A stretch of 64,000 nt of DNA from assembly GCA_964199315.1 (NCBI GenBank), contig OZ116702.1:18166001-18230000 (forward strand), read 5' to 3'. The position numbers were made by a program, and so were the translations under genes. Origin of the DNA: Orbicella franksi. Lineage: Eukaryota. Numbering within the stretch: position 1 is the stretch's first letter; each line of letters opens with the position of its first letter. Positions 1 to 10,827 of the stretch are shown piece by piece. The notes beneath the pieces are model-generated. The model did no database searches, was not told the DNA's origin, and was given only the letters and a program-made list of their open reading frames with translations.

Positions 1-437
1 AGATATGGTTAAGCTAACAAATATACAGTTGGAGCAAAATTTTGCTGCACGTATTGTATTGGGACTCGGGAAGTACAACCATATCTCACAAGGCATCAAA
101 TCCTTGAATTGGCTGCAGGTCAGCAATAGACTCTACATAAATGACGCTGTGATGACTTTCAAATGTATTCATAATCTTGTTCCAGACTACTTGATTGATA
201 AATTCATTTTCCAATCTCAAATCCCTACAAGAAACACCAGACAGAGTAATGACTTAAACATTCCACGTTACCAACTGGCTACCGGACAAAGATCATTTGC
301 ATATCGTGGAGCAAAAATCTGGAATGAGCTGAGTGATGATTTGAAAAGTTTACCTTCTGTGAAAGCTTTTAAGGGACACTTGATCAAACATATTTGAAAT
401 GTCTGTCTGTCTGTCTGTCTGTATGTATGTATGTATG
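1..437 (+). mobile_element. 3' end of a CR1/L2-group LINE (ORF2 C-terminus plus microsatellite tail)
   Basis: ORF 5..397 has the typical L2/CR1 ORF2 tail (QNFAARIV...L.W...FK...GQRSF.YRGAKIWN.L); followed by a (GTCT)n(GTAT)n tail at about 399-437. Confidence 0.8.
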
Positions 438-1721
438 TAACAACAAGTACATGAAGTCTCATGATGACAAAGCACCTTCAAAATACATCATGTATCTCGA
501 CGCAAACAATCTGTACAGTAGGGCTGTGAGCCAGTATCTACCAACTGGTAATTTCAGATGGAAGAAAATCGAAAAACTTGATATATCAAAGTATGAAGAA
601 GACGGTAAAAAGGACTGACTTTAGAAGTTGATCTCGAATATCCAAAAGAGCTGCATGATCTTCATAATGATTATCCTCTTGGACCTGAGCACGTGAATTT
701 AACTGAAAATATGTTGTCAGAGTATTGTCAAAAAATCAAGAACAAATACAACATATCAATTGGACAAGTAAAAAAAACTGATTCCAACCTTGAGCAAAAA
801 AATAAATATGTTCTTCACTATTGAAATTTACAATTGTATATGGATTTAGGATTAAAACTAACCAAAGTACATTGAGCATTAGAATTCAATCAATCTCTAT
901 GGCTGAAACAGTATATCGACTTCAATACACAAAAAAGAACTCAAGTGAACAATTCATTTGAAAAAGATTTCTTCAAACTAATGAATAATTCAGTATTTGG
1001 AAAGACGATGGAAAACATTCGAAAAAGAGTAGATGTGGGACTTGTAACTGATAAAAATAAACTATTAAAAATGTCATCGAAAACCGACTTATATATCATC
1101 AAAAATATTCAACAAAAATCTTATGGCAGTACATTAAAGATCAAAGAAACACTAACCCTAAACAGGCCAGCATATGTAGGTATGTCTATTCTTGATCTCA
1201 GCAGGACATTGATGTATGATTTCCATTATAATTATATCAAACAAAAATACAGTAACAAAGCAAAATTATTATTCACAGACACAGACAGTTTAACATATGA
1301 AATAGAAACAGAAGATGTGTATGAAGACTTCTGGCAAGACAAAAATAAATTTGACAACAGTGATTATAATAAAGATAGTAAATTCTATGATGAAACAAAT
1401 AAAAAAGTCATCGGTAAATTCAAGGATGAAGCAGCTGGTGCAGTTATAAAAGAATTTATTGATTTGAGAAGTAAAATATATTCATATATTAAAGACAATA
1501 ACGAAAACAGGAAGACAGCCAAAGGCATCAAGAAGATTGTTATAAAAAAGGATATTCAATATGACGATTATAAAAACACACTATTCAATACCTAGCAGAT
1601 GTACCACAAAATGACAGCAATTCGAAGCGATACAGGAAGCTATGAGCTCAACAAAGTATCACTGTCATACTTCGATGATAAGAGATTCATACATACTTGT
1701 AATAATAGAATAACAAGTTAT
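438..1721 (+). pseudogene. Polinton/Maverick-type family B DNA polymerase, C-terminal part, frameshifted
   Basis: PolB motifs YLDANNLY, KLMNNSVFGKTMEN, FTDTDSL, IGKFKDE spread over several frames (ORFs 394..618, 945..1595) with stops and frameshifts. Confidence 0.85.
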
Positions 1722-3136
1722 TCCTATCAACTAGATATATATACACGGTATTAAACAATAGGCTAATTGCTGGACTAGTTGCATTACAATAAGTGATAGT
1801 TATACTGGAAAACAATAGGTGTGAAGACAGAAACTACGGGGACGAGTATAAACTGCGTGGGTGCAGTACAATATAAAGAAAGTGTCAAGCGCTCTTCAAG
1901 TAGAATTTGTTCTCGTGCCGGCATTTAGAAATAAGTTCTGATCTTTTGTTTAGTAGATTGTCGTTGCTATGTTTGATAATCATTAGTTTTTCTGTGAGGC
2001 AGAGGTCGCATCGTTTGGAAATGTTGTTGTAGGGTCTTGCACGGCTAATAATTGACCATTTGATGTTGAAGTCTTGTTTTTTGTCGTGTAGTTGCCAGAT
2101 GTATTTAGAAAGCTCGGTGCTGTTGATGTGTTTTCTGTGCTTAAATGTGGATTTGTGCTGCGAGAATCTCTGTTTGAATGTTCCTTCTGTCAGTCCAATG
2201 TAGTTCTTGGTTGTGTTGTTAGTTGTAACTTGTGCGTTGTAGATTACACTGGAAGTCAGGCATTTGTTGTCTAGCGGGCATTGGTCTTTTTTGCGGCAGT
2301 TGCATTGCTCTCCGGTGATTGCGTTGGCGTTGTTGTCGGCGTTTGTTATTTTCATGTTGTGTTTGTTGATTACTGTTTTCATGTTGTCCATGCAACTGTA
2401 GCTGACTTTGACGTTGTTTTTGTTGAAGAGGCTGTGGTATTTATGTTGGTTCGGAAAGTGCTTAGATATGAGCTTCAGGAATGTTCTACCGATGTTTGTC
2501 TTTACGTTTTTACTAAATGGAGGGTTGTACCATATAATGTTTCTTTGTCTGTTGCGTCGGGGGCGTGTTGGTTGATTGTCTTCGTTGTAAATTAGTGTTT
2601 CAGAGTATCCGCTGGCTTTCAAAGCAGTTTCGTAGATTGGTTTGGCCTTGTTGAATTCGTGTTCGTTGCATGAGTTGGCGGAAATACGGCGATTGATGGA
2701 TGCTGGAAGTTGCTTTATTATGTTAGGTGGGTGGTTAGACTTTGTGTTGATGTACTGCGGCTCGTCGTTAGGCTTTCTGTAGGGGCAGTAGGTACCTTTT
2801 GTAAGATCGAAGGTGACGTCCAGGTAGTTAACAATTTTCATGTTAGTCTGTATGGTAATGTTAAGTCCATATGTCTTGAAGCGTCTTGTTATGTCCTTCC
2901 TTGTACGGTCTGCTTGAGGTCCGGAGATGTTTTTGAAGATGGCAAGTCCGTCGTCTCTGTAAAGCCCGATGTTGTCTATCCCGTATATGTTACACAGGTC
3001 GTCGAGAATGAATAAGCCTACGAGCTCGCATACTTCGGCTCCGTCGAAGCTGCCCATAGTAACGTCAAAAGAACTGTTGTTTTTCTTGATCCAGGCGGTG
3101 TTACTGTCAAAGAGAAGGGATTTTCTTGAATGCATA
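1720..3136 (-). repeat. Inverted copy of the 3' 1.4 kb of the Penelope element (ORF 1885..3162)
   Basis: Reverse complement of 3664-5080; the translations differ only at YIG/YTG and LKSA/LKNA. Confidence 0.95.
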
Positions 3137-4915
3137 TTCATACCCGCTGACAAAACAACCAACTACTACGAAGTAGACAAAGCTTCGCACGACAAGCTTC
3201 TCAAGGACAATATCACATCGACGTACAAGAAAGCAAATTCTAATACGATTACTGCTATTAACAAAGAAGCTCAAGTCATTGCTACTAATCTGAACATTGA
3301 CGACCGCGCGGAACGCATGGCTGAACGACAGGCTTTTATAACACTCAAAGACCATAAAGACAACTTCCAGAACAAACCTACATGTAGACTCATTAACCCT
3401 GCAAAAAGTGAGATTGGACGTATCAGTAAAGAAATCCTCGCGAACATTAACACGACTGTGAGACAGAAGACTGGCCTTAACCAATGGAAAAACTCATCAT
3501 CCGTCATCAACTGGTTCTCCTCTATACAACACAAAGATCAACATACCTTCGCCGTATTTGACATTGAGAACTTCTACCCTTCCATTACTGAGAAACTTCT
3601 TACAGACGCAATCAACTTCGCCAAACAATTCACTTCCATTACGGACCGCGACATCGATATTATTATGCATTCAAGAAAATCCCTTCTCTTTGACAGTAAC
3701 ACCGCCTGGATCAAGAAAAACAACAGTTCTTTTGACGTTACTATGGGCAGCTTCGACGGAGCCGAAGTATGCGAGCTCGTAGGCTTATTCATTCTCGACG
3801 ACCTGTGTAACATATACGGGATAGACAACATCGGGCTTTACAGAGACGACGGACTTGCCATCTTCAAAAACATCTCCGGACCTCAAGCAGACCGTACAAG
3901 GAAGGACATAACAAGACGCTTCAAGACATATGGACTTAACATTACCATACAGACTAACATGAAAATTGTTAACTACCTGGACGTCACCTTCGATCTTACA
4001 AAAGGTACCTACTGCCCCTACAGAAAGCCTAACGACGAGCCGCAGTACATCAACACAAAGTCTAACCACCCACCTAACATAATAAAGCAACTTCCAGCAT
4101 CCATCAATCGCCGTATTTCCGCCAACTCATGCAACGAACACGAATTCAACAAGGCCAAACCAATCTACGAAACTGCTTTGAAAGCCAGCGGATACTCTGA
4201 AACACTAATTTACAACGAAGACAATCAACCAACACGCCCCCGACGCAACAGACAAAGAAACATTATATGGTACAACCCTCCATTTAGTAAAAACGTAAAG
4301 ACAAACATCGGTAGAACATTCCTGAAGCTCATATCTAAGCACTTTCCGAACCAACATAAATACCACAGCCTCTTCAACAAAAACAACGTCAAAGTCAGCT
4401 ACAGTTGCATGGACAACATGAAAACAGTAATCAACAAACACAACATGAAAATAACAAACGCCGACAACAACGCCAACGCAATCACCGGAGAGCAATGCAA
4501 CTGCCGCAAAAAAGACCAATGCCCGCTAGACAACAAATGCCTGACTTCCAGTGTAATCTACAACGCACAAGTTACAACTAACAACACAACCAAGAACTAC
4601 ACTGGACTGACAGAAGGAACATTCAAACAGAGATTCTCGCAGCACAAATCCACATTTAAGCACAGAAAACACATCAACAGCACCGAGCTTTCTAAATACA
4701 TCTGGCAACTACACGACAAAAAACAAGACTTCAACATCAAATGGTCAATTATTAGCCGTGCAAGACCCTACAACAACATTTCCAAACGATGCGACCTCTG
4801 CCTCACAGAAAAACTAATGATTATCAAACATAGCAACGACAATCTACTAAACAAAAGATCAGAACTTATTTCTAAATGCCGGCACGAGAACAAATTCTAC
4901 TTGAAGAACGCTTGA
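3137..4915 (+). CDS. Penelope RT-GIY-YIG ORF (5'-truncated, open)
   Basis: RT motifs FDIENFYPSI, MGSFDGAEVCELVG, LYRDDGL; endonuclease VIY...Y(T)G, RF.QH, with CNC-x5-C and CDLC cysteine motifs. The true element frame starts at about IFIPADKT. Confidence 0.88.
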   Translation, partial: FIPADKTTNYYEVDKASHDKLLKDNITSTYKKANSNTITAINKEAQVIATNLNIDDRAERMAERQAFITLKDHKDNFQNKPTCRLINPAKSEIGRISKEILANINTTVRQKTGLNQWKNSSSVINWFSSIQHKDQHTFAVFDIENFYPSITEKLLTDAINFAKQFTSITDRDIDIIMHSRKSLLFDSNTAWIKKNNSSFDVTMGSFDGAEVCELVGLFILDDLCNIYGIDNIGLYRDDGLAIFKNISGPQADRTRKDITRRFKTYGLNITIQTNMKIVNYLDVTFDLTKGTYCPYRKPNDEPQYINTKSNHPPNIIKQLPASINRRISANSCNEHEFNKAKPIYETALKASGYSETLIYNEDNQPTRPRRNRQRNIIWYNPPFSKNVKTNIGRTFLKLISKHFPNQHKYHSLFNKNNVKVSYSCMDNMKTVINKHNMKITNADNNANAITGEQCNCRKKDQCPLDNKCLTSSVIYNAQVTTNNTTKNYTGLTEGTFKQRFSQHKSTFKHRKHINSTELSKYIWQLHDKKQDFNIKWSIISRARPYNNISKRCDLCLTEKLMIIKHSNDNLLNKRSELISKCRHENKFYLKNA

Positions 4916-5095
4916 CACTTTCTTTATATTGTACTGCACCCACGCAGTTTATACTCGTCCCCGTAGTTTCTGTCTTCACACCTATTGTTTTCCAGTATAA
5001 CTATCACTTATTGTAATGCAACTAGTCCAGCAATTAGCCTATTGTTTAATACCGTGTATATATATCTAGTTGATAGGAATGCTTATCATTAAATA

Positions 5096-5135
5096 CTGTC
5101 TGATGAGTGCGTAAGCACGAAACTCGGAGTAACAG
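5096..5135 (+). ncRNA. Minimal type I hammerhead ribozyme in the Penelope 3' repeat
   Basis: Stem I CTGT/ACAG, CTGATGA (5100-5106), stem II GTGC-GTAA-GCAC, GAAA (5119-5122), short stem III ACT-CGG-AGT, GUA cleavage triplet ending at 5131. Confidence 0.88.
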
Positions 5136-5231
5136 CAAATCTTGCCTCTTCGTTATTACTCATATACTCAGCTCTACACTATATGTGTATTGAGCACTAT
5201 TTTAATGGGATCTGCTACTTCCTCATATGGT

Positions 5232-5275
5232 TAGAATAACAAGTTATGCGTATGGACATTATAAAACAGAGCAAA
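5232..5275 (+). pseudogene. Last codons of the same polB, displaced by the Penelope insertion
   Basis: Reads RITSYAYGHYK and joins 1706-1721 through the duplicated TAGAATAACAAGTTAT. Confidence 0.75.
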
Positions 5276-6104
5276 AGCCTCTTTACTGTTATATTTTATT
5301 TTCTAATACGTCAGAAAAATTTTCATTGCATGACTCATTTCCAAGGGAAAGTCCCGCTGATATGAGATCATCAACTTCTTGTCTTTCTGAGAATGTCTTC
5401 CAGTCTTTCTGAGAAATGTCACGCAATAGTGTAGATGGGTGGTATTGAGATGGGCAGTATCAAGTCATAGTGAAAATGGTCTCATACCCCCATCTCCTAT
5501 ACTACTCCCATTCAAGCTTGAATTTTGCAGGCTTTTCTTCACAGCTCCTTAAGCTGTGCTAATAACTGTGATGATCATTCATGTCTTTACATCTTTCTCT
5601 GCAGTTCAAATGGTAATTTTACTTGTAAAATAGAGGTAACAACTTAAAGCGTTGCATGGATATCACACATGTGTATCATTCCTTCAGTCATACTATACTG
5701 CAAATCAATGTTTGACTAGGTTTAACAACTGTCAACACTTGTGGTTAAGTCATGAAAGACATTTACATAAGCAGACATTGCTCTTTGATGTGCGTGAGAT
5801 AAATATTATTTTGTCCTTAGAACTACAATAACAATTACGTTCAACAAGAATAATTGTGATCTATTCATTTCTTTGCCTTATATGCTTGATCCCGGTTTCT
5901 GTCGGGATGCAGACAGCCTAAACAAAACTCTGTTATTATGTGTAATGGATACAAGATAAACGATATCAAGTTATCATTTATAATTACTGCTCACCTGTTC
6001 TCATACTGAGCAACGCCTGGTGCTGTCATGACTCTCACTAGTGCAAGTAGCTAGTTTGCGATTTGTCTGTATTTTCCCCGCCCATTATCAATAAACAGCT
6101 GGAC

Positions 6105-6362
6105 TACAGGGTTGGGTGCACACCTGCCACTTAGCTTCTCACGTAGCAGGCCACCTGAGGCTTATATCTATCCGGGTGTGGCATGCGCCACTTTCATTGG
6201 CTCATCCCTTATTGCCAGGTGTGGCACACGCCACACTTGTTGGCTCATCCATCACTTGCAGGGTGTGTTGCTACCACTCCTATTGTCATGTACCTATTTA
6301 CAGGCTGTGTTGCCGCCACCCTTAGATTTACCAGGGAGCACCCAACAACCTTAGTCCCATTT
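6105..6362. repeat. GC-richer island with an internal direct repeat, possibly a DIRS/Ngaro terminal-repeat remnant
   Basis: GTGTGGCA..CGCCAC...TTGGCTCATCC occurs twice (about 6175-6210 and 6220-6250); identity of the parent element is a guess. Confidence 0.25.
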
Positions 6363-6584
6363 ACTGCCAAATGGTTGTCAACTTTATTGTGCACTTCTGT
6401 AAGTGTCTGAAGTTGTTAATATGGGATATTCCATAATTTATATTCACTTGCAGTTAAGTAATTAAAATAGTTATGTGAACTTCCATCCTGGTCAAAAAGT
6501 TCGCTAGAAAATTTGTGCAGTAATGTGTATGAATATCCAATTGAAAACATTCTTTGAAATTGACATGGGATATATGACAAATAC

Positions 6585-6891
6585 CTGTCTTACTAGTAGT
6601 TTTTCTTCCATAGCTTGATATCGGCTTTCCCTTGATGTACCAGGTTTTCCATCTTCTAACCACTCCCCTTCAGATCCCTTCAGATTACTTGACAGGACCG
6701 CATCACTACTGACGTTAATACTGCTGTTCACAGACTGAGACACTTCTCCACTGTCTGCAGCTCGCTCACTTTGAATACCACCAAAACTACCAACAGAGGA
6801 ATTGTGGCCTTCTGTTTCTTTCCTCAAACGATCAAGTTCGTGCTTCATTTCACTCAGCTGAGATTCGTAGTTGTCAATCACATCTAGCACT
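6585..6891 (-). CDS. CEP70: CEP70-like coding exon (7th in window): (K)VLDVIDNYESQLSEMKHELDRLRK...YQAMEEKLL(VRQ)
   Basis: Acceptor TTCTTTCAG at 6892; phase 2 matches upstream exon end AA|; resembles human CEP70 LLCLIDYYESKI as recalled. Donor either after 6594 (GTAAGA) or 6585 (GTATTT), both phase 0. Confidence 0.8.
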
Positions 6892-8892
6892 CTGAAAGAA
6901 TGTTGACGATTATTTCACATATCATGTTATGTAAAATTAATCAAAACTTTCTATTTTTGGATATCCACGTAAAACCTAACTAATATTTTATTTTACACGA
7001 GTAAAGTCCATATATACAAGTTGCTAATTCTTTCTTACAAAACAAGATTCAAGGCATTTTATCAAAGGTTTCTTTGGAAAAATAGTTGTTTCTTCGTTGA
7101 GCAAATTAAAGCACTCAGAGAACTCAAAGAACAAACACAAGTCACGCTTTCACTGTAGAAAATTCCTTTGTGACCAGTAAAAAAAGGGAGCGAGTTTCAT
7201 CTTGGCCATTCCTGCAAAATAAATATTCACTTTTTTGGATGGCCTGATTCTTGGGTATTGGAGTACAACCTGTTTCGCACCCAATCCAGTTCGCATCCAC
7301 CGAGTTTGCACCCCTGAACTCATTAGAAACTTTGTATTTCGAGTTTGCCTTCACCTTCAATGCATTGAAGAACAACAAATAAACATCGGAAATTGGAGAG
7401 TAGACCAACGACCATTGAACCATTTGTTGTCCATAAAAGCACCATAACCAATAGCACCAGATGCATCAGAACTGACGGAAAAGTCAGGCAAAGGCTCAAG
7501 GGTGGGAAGAAGGAAAAAGGATATTCCATTCCACTGACCAAAAAGATTCTACCCACCAGGCCAAGTCCTTTCTAAACTCCACATTAAGACGTATTGGATG
7601 AGAATCATTCCGGAAACAGGACAATAAATCAATCATCCAGCGAAGAAAGGTGTGACCTGGTCAAACCACCATGCGGGCATGATGCAACCGACCAATCAAT
7701 GATTGAAGATCTTTTTTAGTACAACATTTGCGGGTTGACCAATGGGTGAGAGCCTCTTCCAAAGTAAAAAATTTATCAGCTGGAAGGCGTGCAATCTGAG
7801 CTGCTGTATCTAATTCAATTCTCAGGACCACCATGCAGGAGGCTGGACCCAAGCATTTCTGAAGGTGCAAAGGAAGACCCAACCTGGCCACCACTGCTAC
7901 AGCTACTTGAAGGTTGGAGGCACAGACCACTGAGTTTGCTGGAGCTGCCATAATGAAATCATCTAAATAATGCAACAGGGCCTCAATCCCATTGTTATGG
8001 ACCAAAATCCACTCGACCAATTCTGCAACTGAGTTGGAGCTGAGTGAAGCCTAAATGGTAAGGCGAGATCTACGTAATGAGCACTGCGCCACTTCAGGCC
8101 CAATAGATGGCAGTCCAAAGGATGAATAGAAATATTCCGGTATGCAGACTCAATATCAAATTTAGCCGTGAGGGCACCCAGCCCAAATTTAGAAACCATC
8201 TTAATAATATCATCCATTTTGATGTGCTGGAGATGCCAGGATTCTGGATCGATTCCATCGTTGATGCTGTGGCCTTGCAGCAAGGATAGGTCCACGATAA
8301 GGCGCCATTTGCCCAGCTGCCCTTTCTTAGGAATCACCCCAAAACTGCTTACGTGAAGGTTTTGCACTGGTGGGGCATCAAAAGGACCCACTACACGGCC
8401 TAGCCTGACCTCGTTAGCTAAATACACATCAATCACCCCGGAATGTTGGTAAGCGGACAATTTATTTCTTCTAGCTGAGTTCAAAGTTACAGGTTTATTG
8501 CAACCAAGTCTAAAGCCTTCCTTGATACCCTGAAAGACAAAGTTTGCCATTGCCTTATCAGCATAGAGAGTCAATTCAGCTTCAAATAACTCAAAGTTTA
8601 GTGAAGACACTTCCCTAACCGCTGGCAATGTCAAAGAGGAGCCTAGGATGAAAATAGTAATAATAACAAATTCTGGTAGTAAAGAAGACTAGAAATACGA
8701 CAAAGGATCTGTTCAAAAGGATAGAGACACAAATAGAATCAAACAAGCTAACACAACTAAAGAACGAAAACAATAATTAATTCAACTCAGTATTTAACAG
8801 GGGAACAACAAGAGCAAGACAGTTAACGGTGCTTGCTACGCTTTGGCTCCTCAGGATCCAGTGAGCGAACATGAGATGATTGTAGCACAATT

Positions 8893-10827
8893 GAAGGGGT
8901 GAGTGCAAAACCATGCTAAGTGACGATTTGGGTGAAAATAAAATTTTCGCGAAAGGGCTTGAATTTTTGCATGTGGTCTTCAATGTAATAGAAAAACGTG
9001 GCCCTGTATTTTTGTCGCTGGTTTTTGCTTCGTTTTCAAGTTATAACGTATGCAAAAATACTTGGCTTTTCCTAGCCATGTCTTTACGAGTTTATTTGTT
9101 GAACAGCAAACAGGCAGACTGTTTATAGTGTATCAAGTCAAAATCAAATCTCACAGCATATATAGAACAGAAATCTGGGAACAGATTGTTTACGTCAGGT
9201 ATTGTGACGTGAGCACAACACGTGAATCGATCAAGAGTCAAACGAAATTCATCAAACAAAAAAGAGATGTACTGCATTAGAGCTCTGCCAAGTAATATCT
9301 TAAGCATTGTTTTAAAGTGCCTTGTGTGCCTGCCCGGTGGTTGAGAGGCATCATAAAGCCTCGATAAACCCGTAAGTCATCAGCACGTTTTAAAGAATCA
9401 AAATGTGTTCTGAAACTTCGAAGGCAGCTGATATACCGTAATCGTGTTATCGGCGTTCCAAGTCAGATCGAGCCAGGCAGCAAAGTCCAAGAGCAGTTCT
9501 TGCCCAAAAAAAATACCCTCTGGTGAGTCGTGGCCCATTTGCCAAGCATTGCTAGCATCAAAGTTTGGAAAGCGAGAACTGGTTTTAGACTTACAAAATT
9601 TGTCTTGTATCAACCGCCATGTTTTCCTGCGCACGAGGTGTAAAGACCCTTCCCGACATGCATTGCGATCACGTTCTGCGGACGTTTCTCGAACTGGTAA
9701 CTAGATTGTTTAAACATAAGAATGGCCAACAAGTAGCGATCAATTGTAACATAGATCTGTGATCCAGGTTGCATTGATTTTATTTCAAATCGGCATGATT
9801 TGTAGTGTTTTGAGCTTCTGTGATCAGCGGACATGCAGATGTATGAAGACCCATACGTTGCGGAGAAGGGTTAATCTGTTAATATGTCAGCCCTATTTAT
9901 AGCGCGTTTTCACGTGAAATCAACATCATTGAGCTTATAAGTTGCGTGAAATTACCATTTTGCTGTTTTCTAAGTGAAACTAGCATCCTTGCCCTCACGC
10001 GTTAACGTGAAATCAACATTTTAACCTATTTAGACCTGAAATCAACATCATTGAGCGTATGCACTGTGTGACATTGACATTTTGCTGGTTTCTAAGTGAA
10101 ACCAACATCCTTGCCATCACGCGTTAACGTGAAATCAACATTTTAACCTATTTAGACCTGAAATCAACATCACTGAGCTTATGCATTGTGTGAAATTGAC
10201 ATTTTGCTCATTTCTAAGAGAAATCAACCTCCTTGCTGTCACGCGTTAACGTGAAATCAACATTTAAACCTTTTTTGACCTAAAATCAACATTTTTGAGC
10301 TTATACGTTGCGTGAAATTGACATTTTGCTGTTTTCTAAGTGAAATCAAAGTCCTTGCGGACGCAGCGGGCCGATCCTTTGTTATGATAAACCGAGGCGA
10401 GACTTCGACTTATAACAAAGGCTTGGCTTGGCTATTATAACAAAGGATCGGCTCTGTTTATCATAACAAAGGCCCGACTTCGTTTATTTGAAGACCTCGG
10501 CGGGAAAAGGGCATTAGGTATTTTAATCAAAAGTGAACTTTGTCGAAAACGCTCCAAATTTCGCATGCAGTTTTGTTTAGGTATGTTTAACAATGTCCCG
10601 TAGTTTTTCCACTAAGCTTCGCTTCGTTTTCGAGATATTGTGTATGCAGAAAAACCACTCGGTTTTCCTAGTGGCGTCTTTATAAATGAAGCAAAAACCA
10701 GCGACAAAAATACAGGACCACGTTTTTCTATTACATTGAAGACCACATGCAAGAATTCAAGCCCTTTCGTGAAAATTTTTTTTTTCACTCAAATCGTCAC
10801 TTAGCATGGTTTTGCACTCACCCCTTC
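8893..10827. mobile_element. Non-autonomous DNA transposon with about 140-bp TIRs and AATT TSD (Sola-like by TSD, inference)
   Basis: GAAGGGGTGAGTGCAAAACCATGCTAAGTG... at 8893 mirrors ...CACTTAGCATGGTTTTGCACTCACCCCTTC ending 10827; AATT at 8889-8892 and 10828-10831; removal restores a TAGCACAAT x3 run. Confidence 0.85.
9910..10345. repeat. Tandem array, about 121-122 bp unit, about 3.5 copies, inside the TIR element
   Basis: AAATCAACAT(C/T) unit starts at about 9918, 10039, 10161, 10283. Confidence 0.85.

Larger units (their letters stand above)
1722..5231 (+). mobile_element. Penelope-like retroelement (RT + C-terminal GIY-YIG), 5'-truncated, with a 1417-bp inverted duplication
   Basis: 16-bp TSD TAGAATAACAAGTTAT at 1706-1721 and 5232-5247; arms 1720-3136 and 3664-5080 are exact mirror coordinates (sum 6800) with a 527-bp spacer. 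Confidence 0.92.

Noticed and set aside
2969-3136. N-terminal 56 residues of the 648-aa ORF as real protein
   Set aside because: They are the antisense reading of the inverted arm, fused in frame by chance at the junction
2092-4708. Val-rich ORFs (2092..2274, 2281..2595, 2710..3015, 3785..4090, 4205..4519, 4526..4708)
   Set aside because: Antisense shadows of the AAC-rich Penelope ORF, duplicated by the inversion
1720-5080. Inverted repeat as an assembly artefact
   Set aside because: A 16-bp TSD flanks the structure, the interrupted polB frame resumes after it, and the arms carry at least two differences
5985-6095. Possible next CEP70-like exon ending at CAG|GTGAGC near 5995
   Set aside because: Good donor, but no convincing acceptor with an open phase-0 frame or CEP70-like sequence could be found
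9398-9634. Conserved small protein shared with 59244..59591
   Set aside because: Similarity reflects DNA-level homology of two non-autonomous elements; no domain signal and the frames differ by an internal duplication
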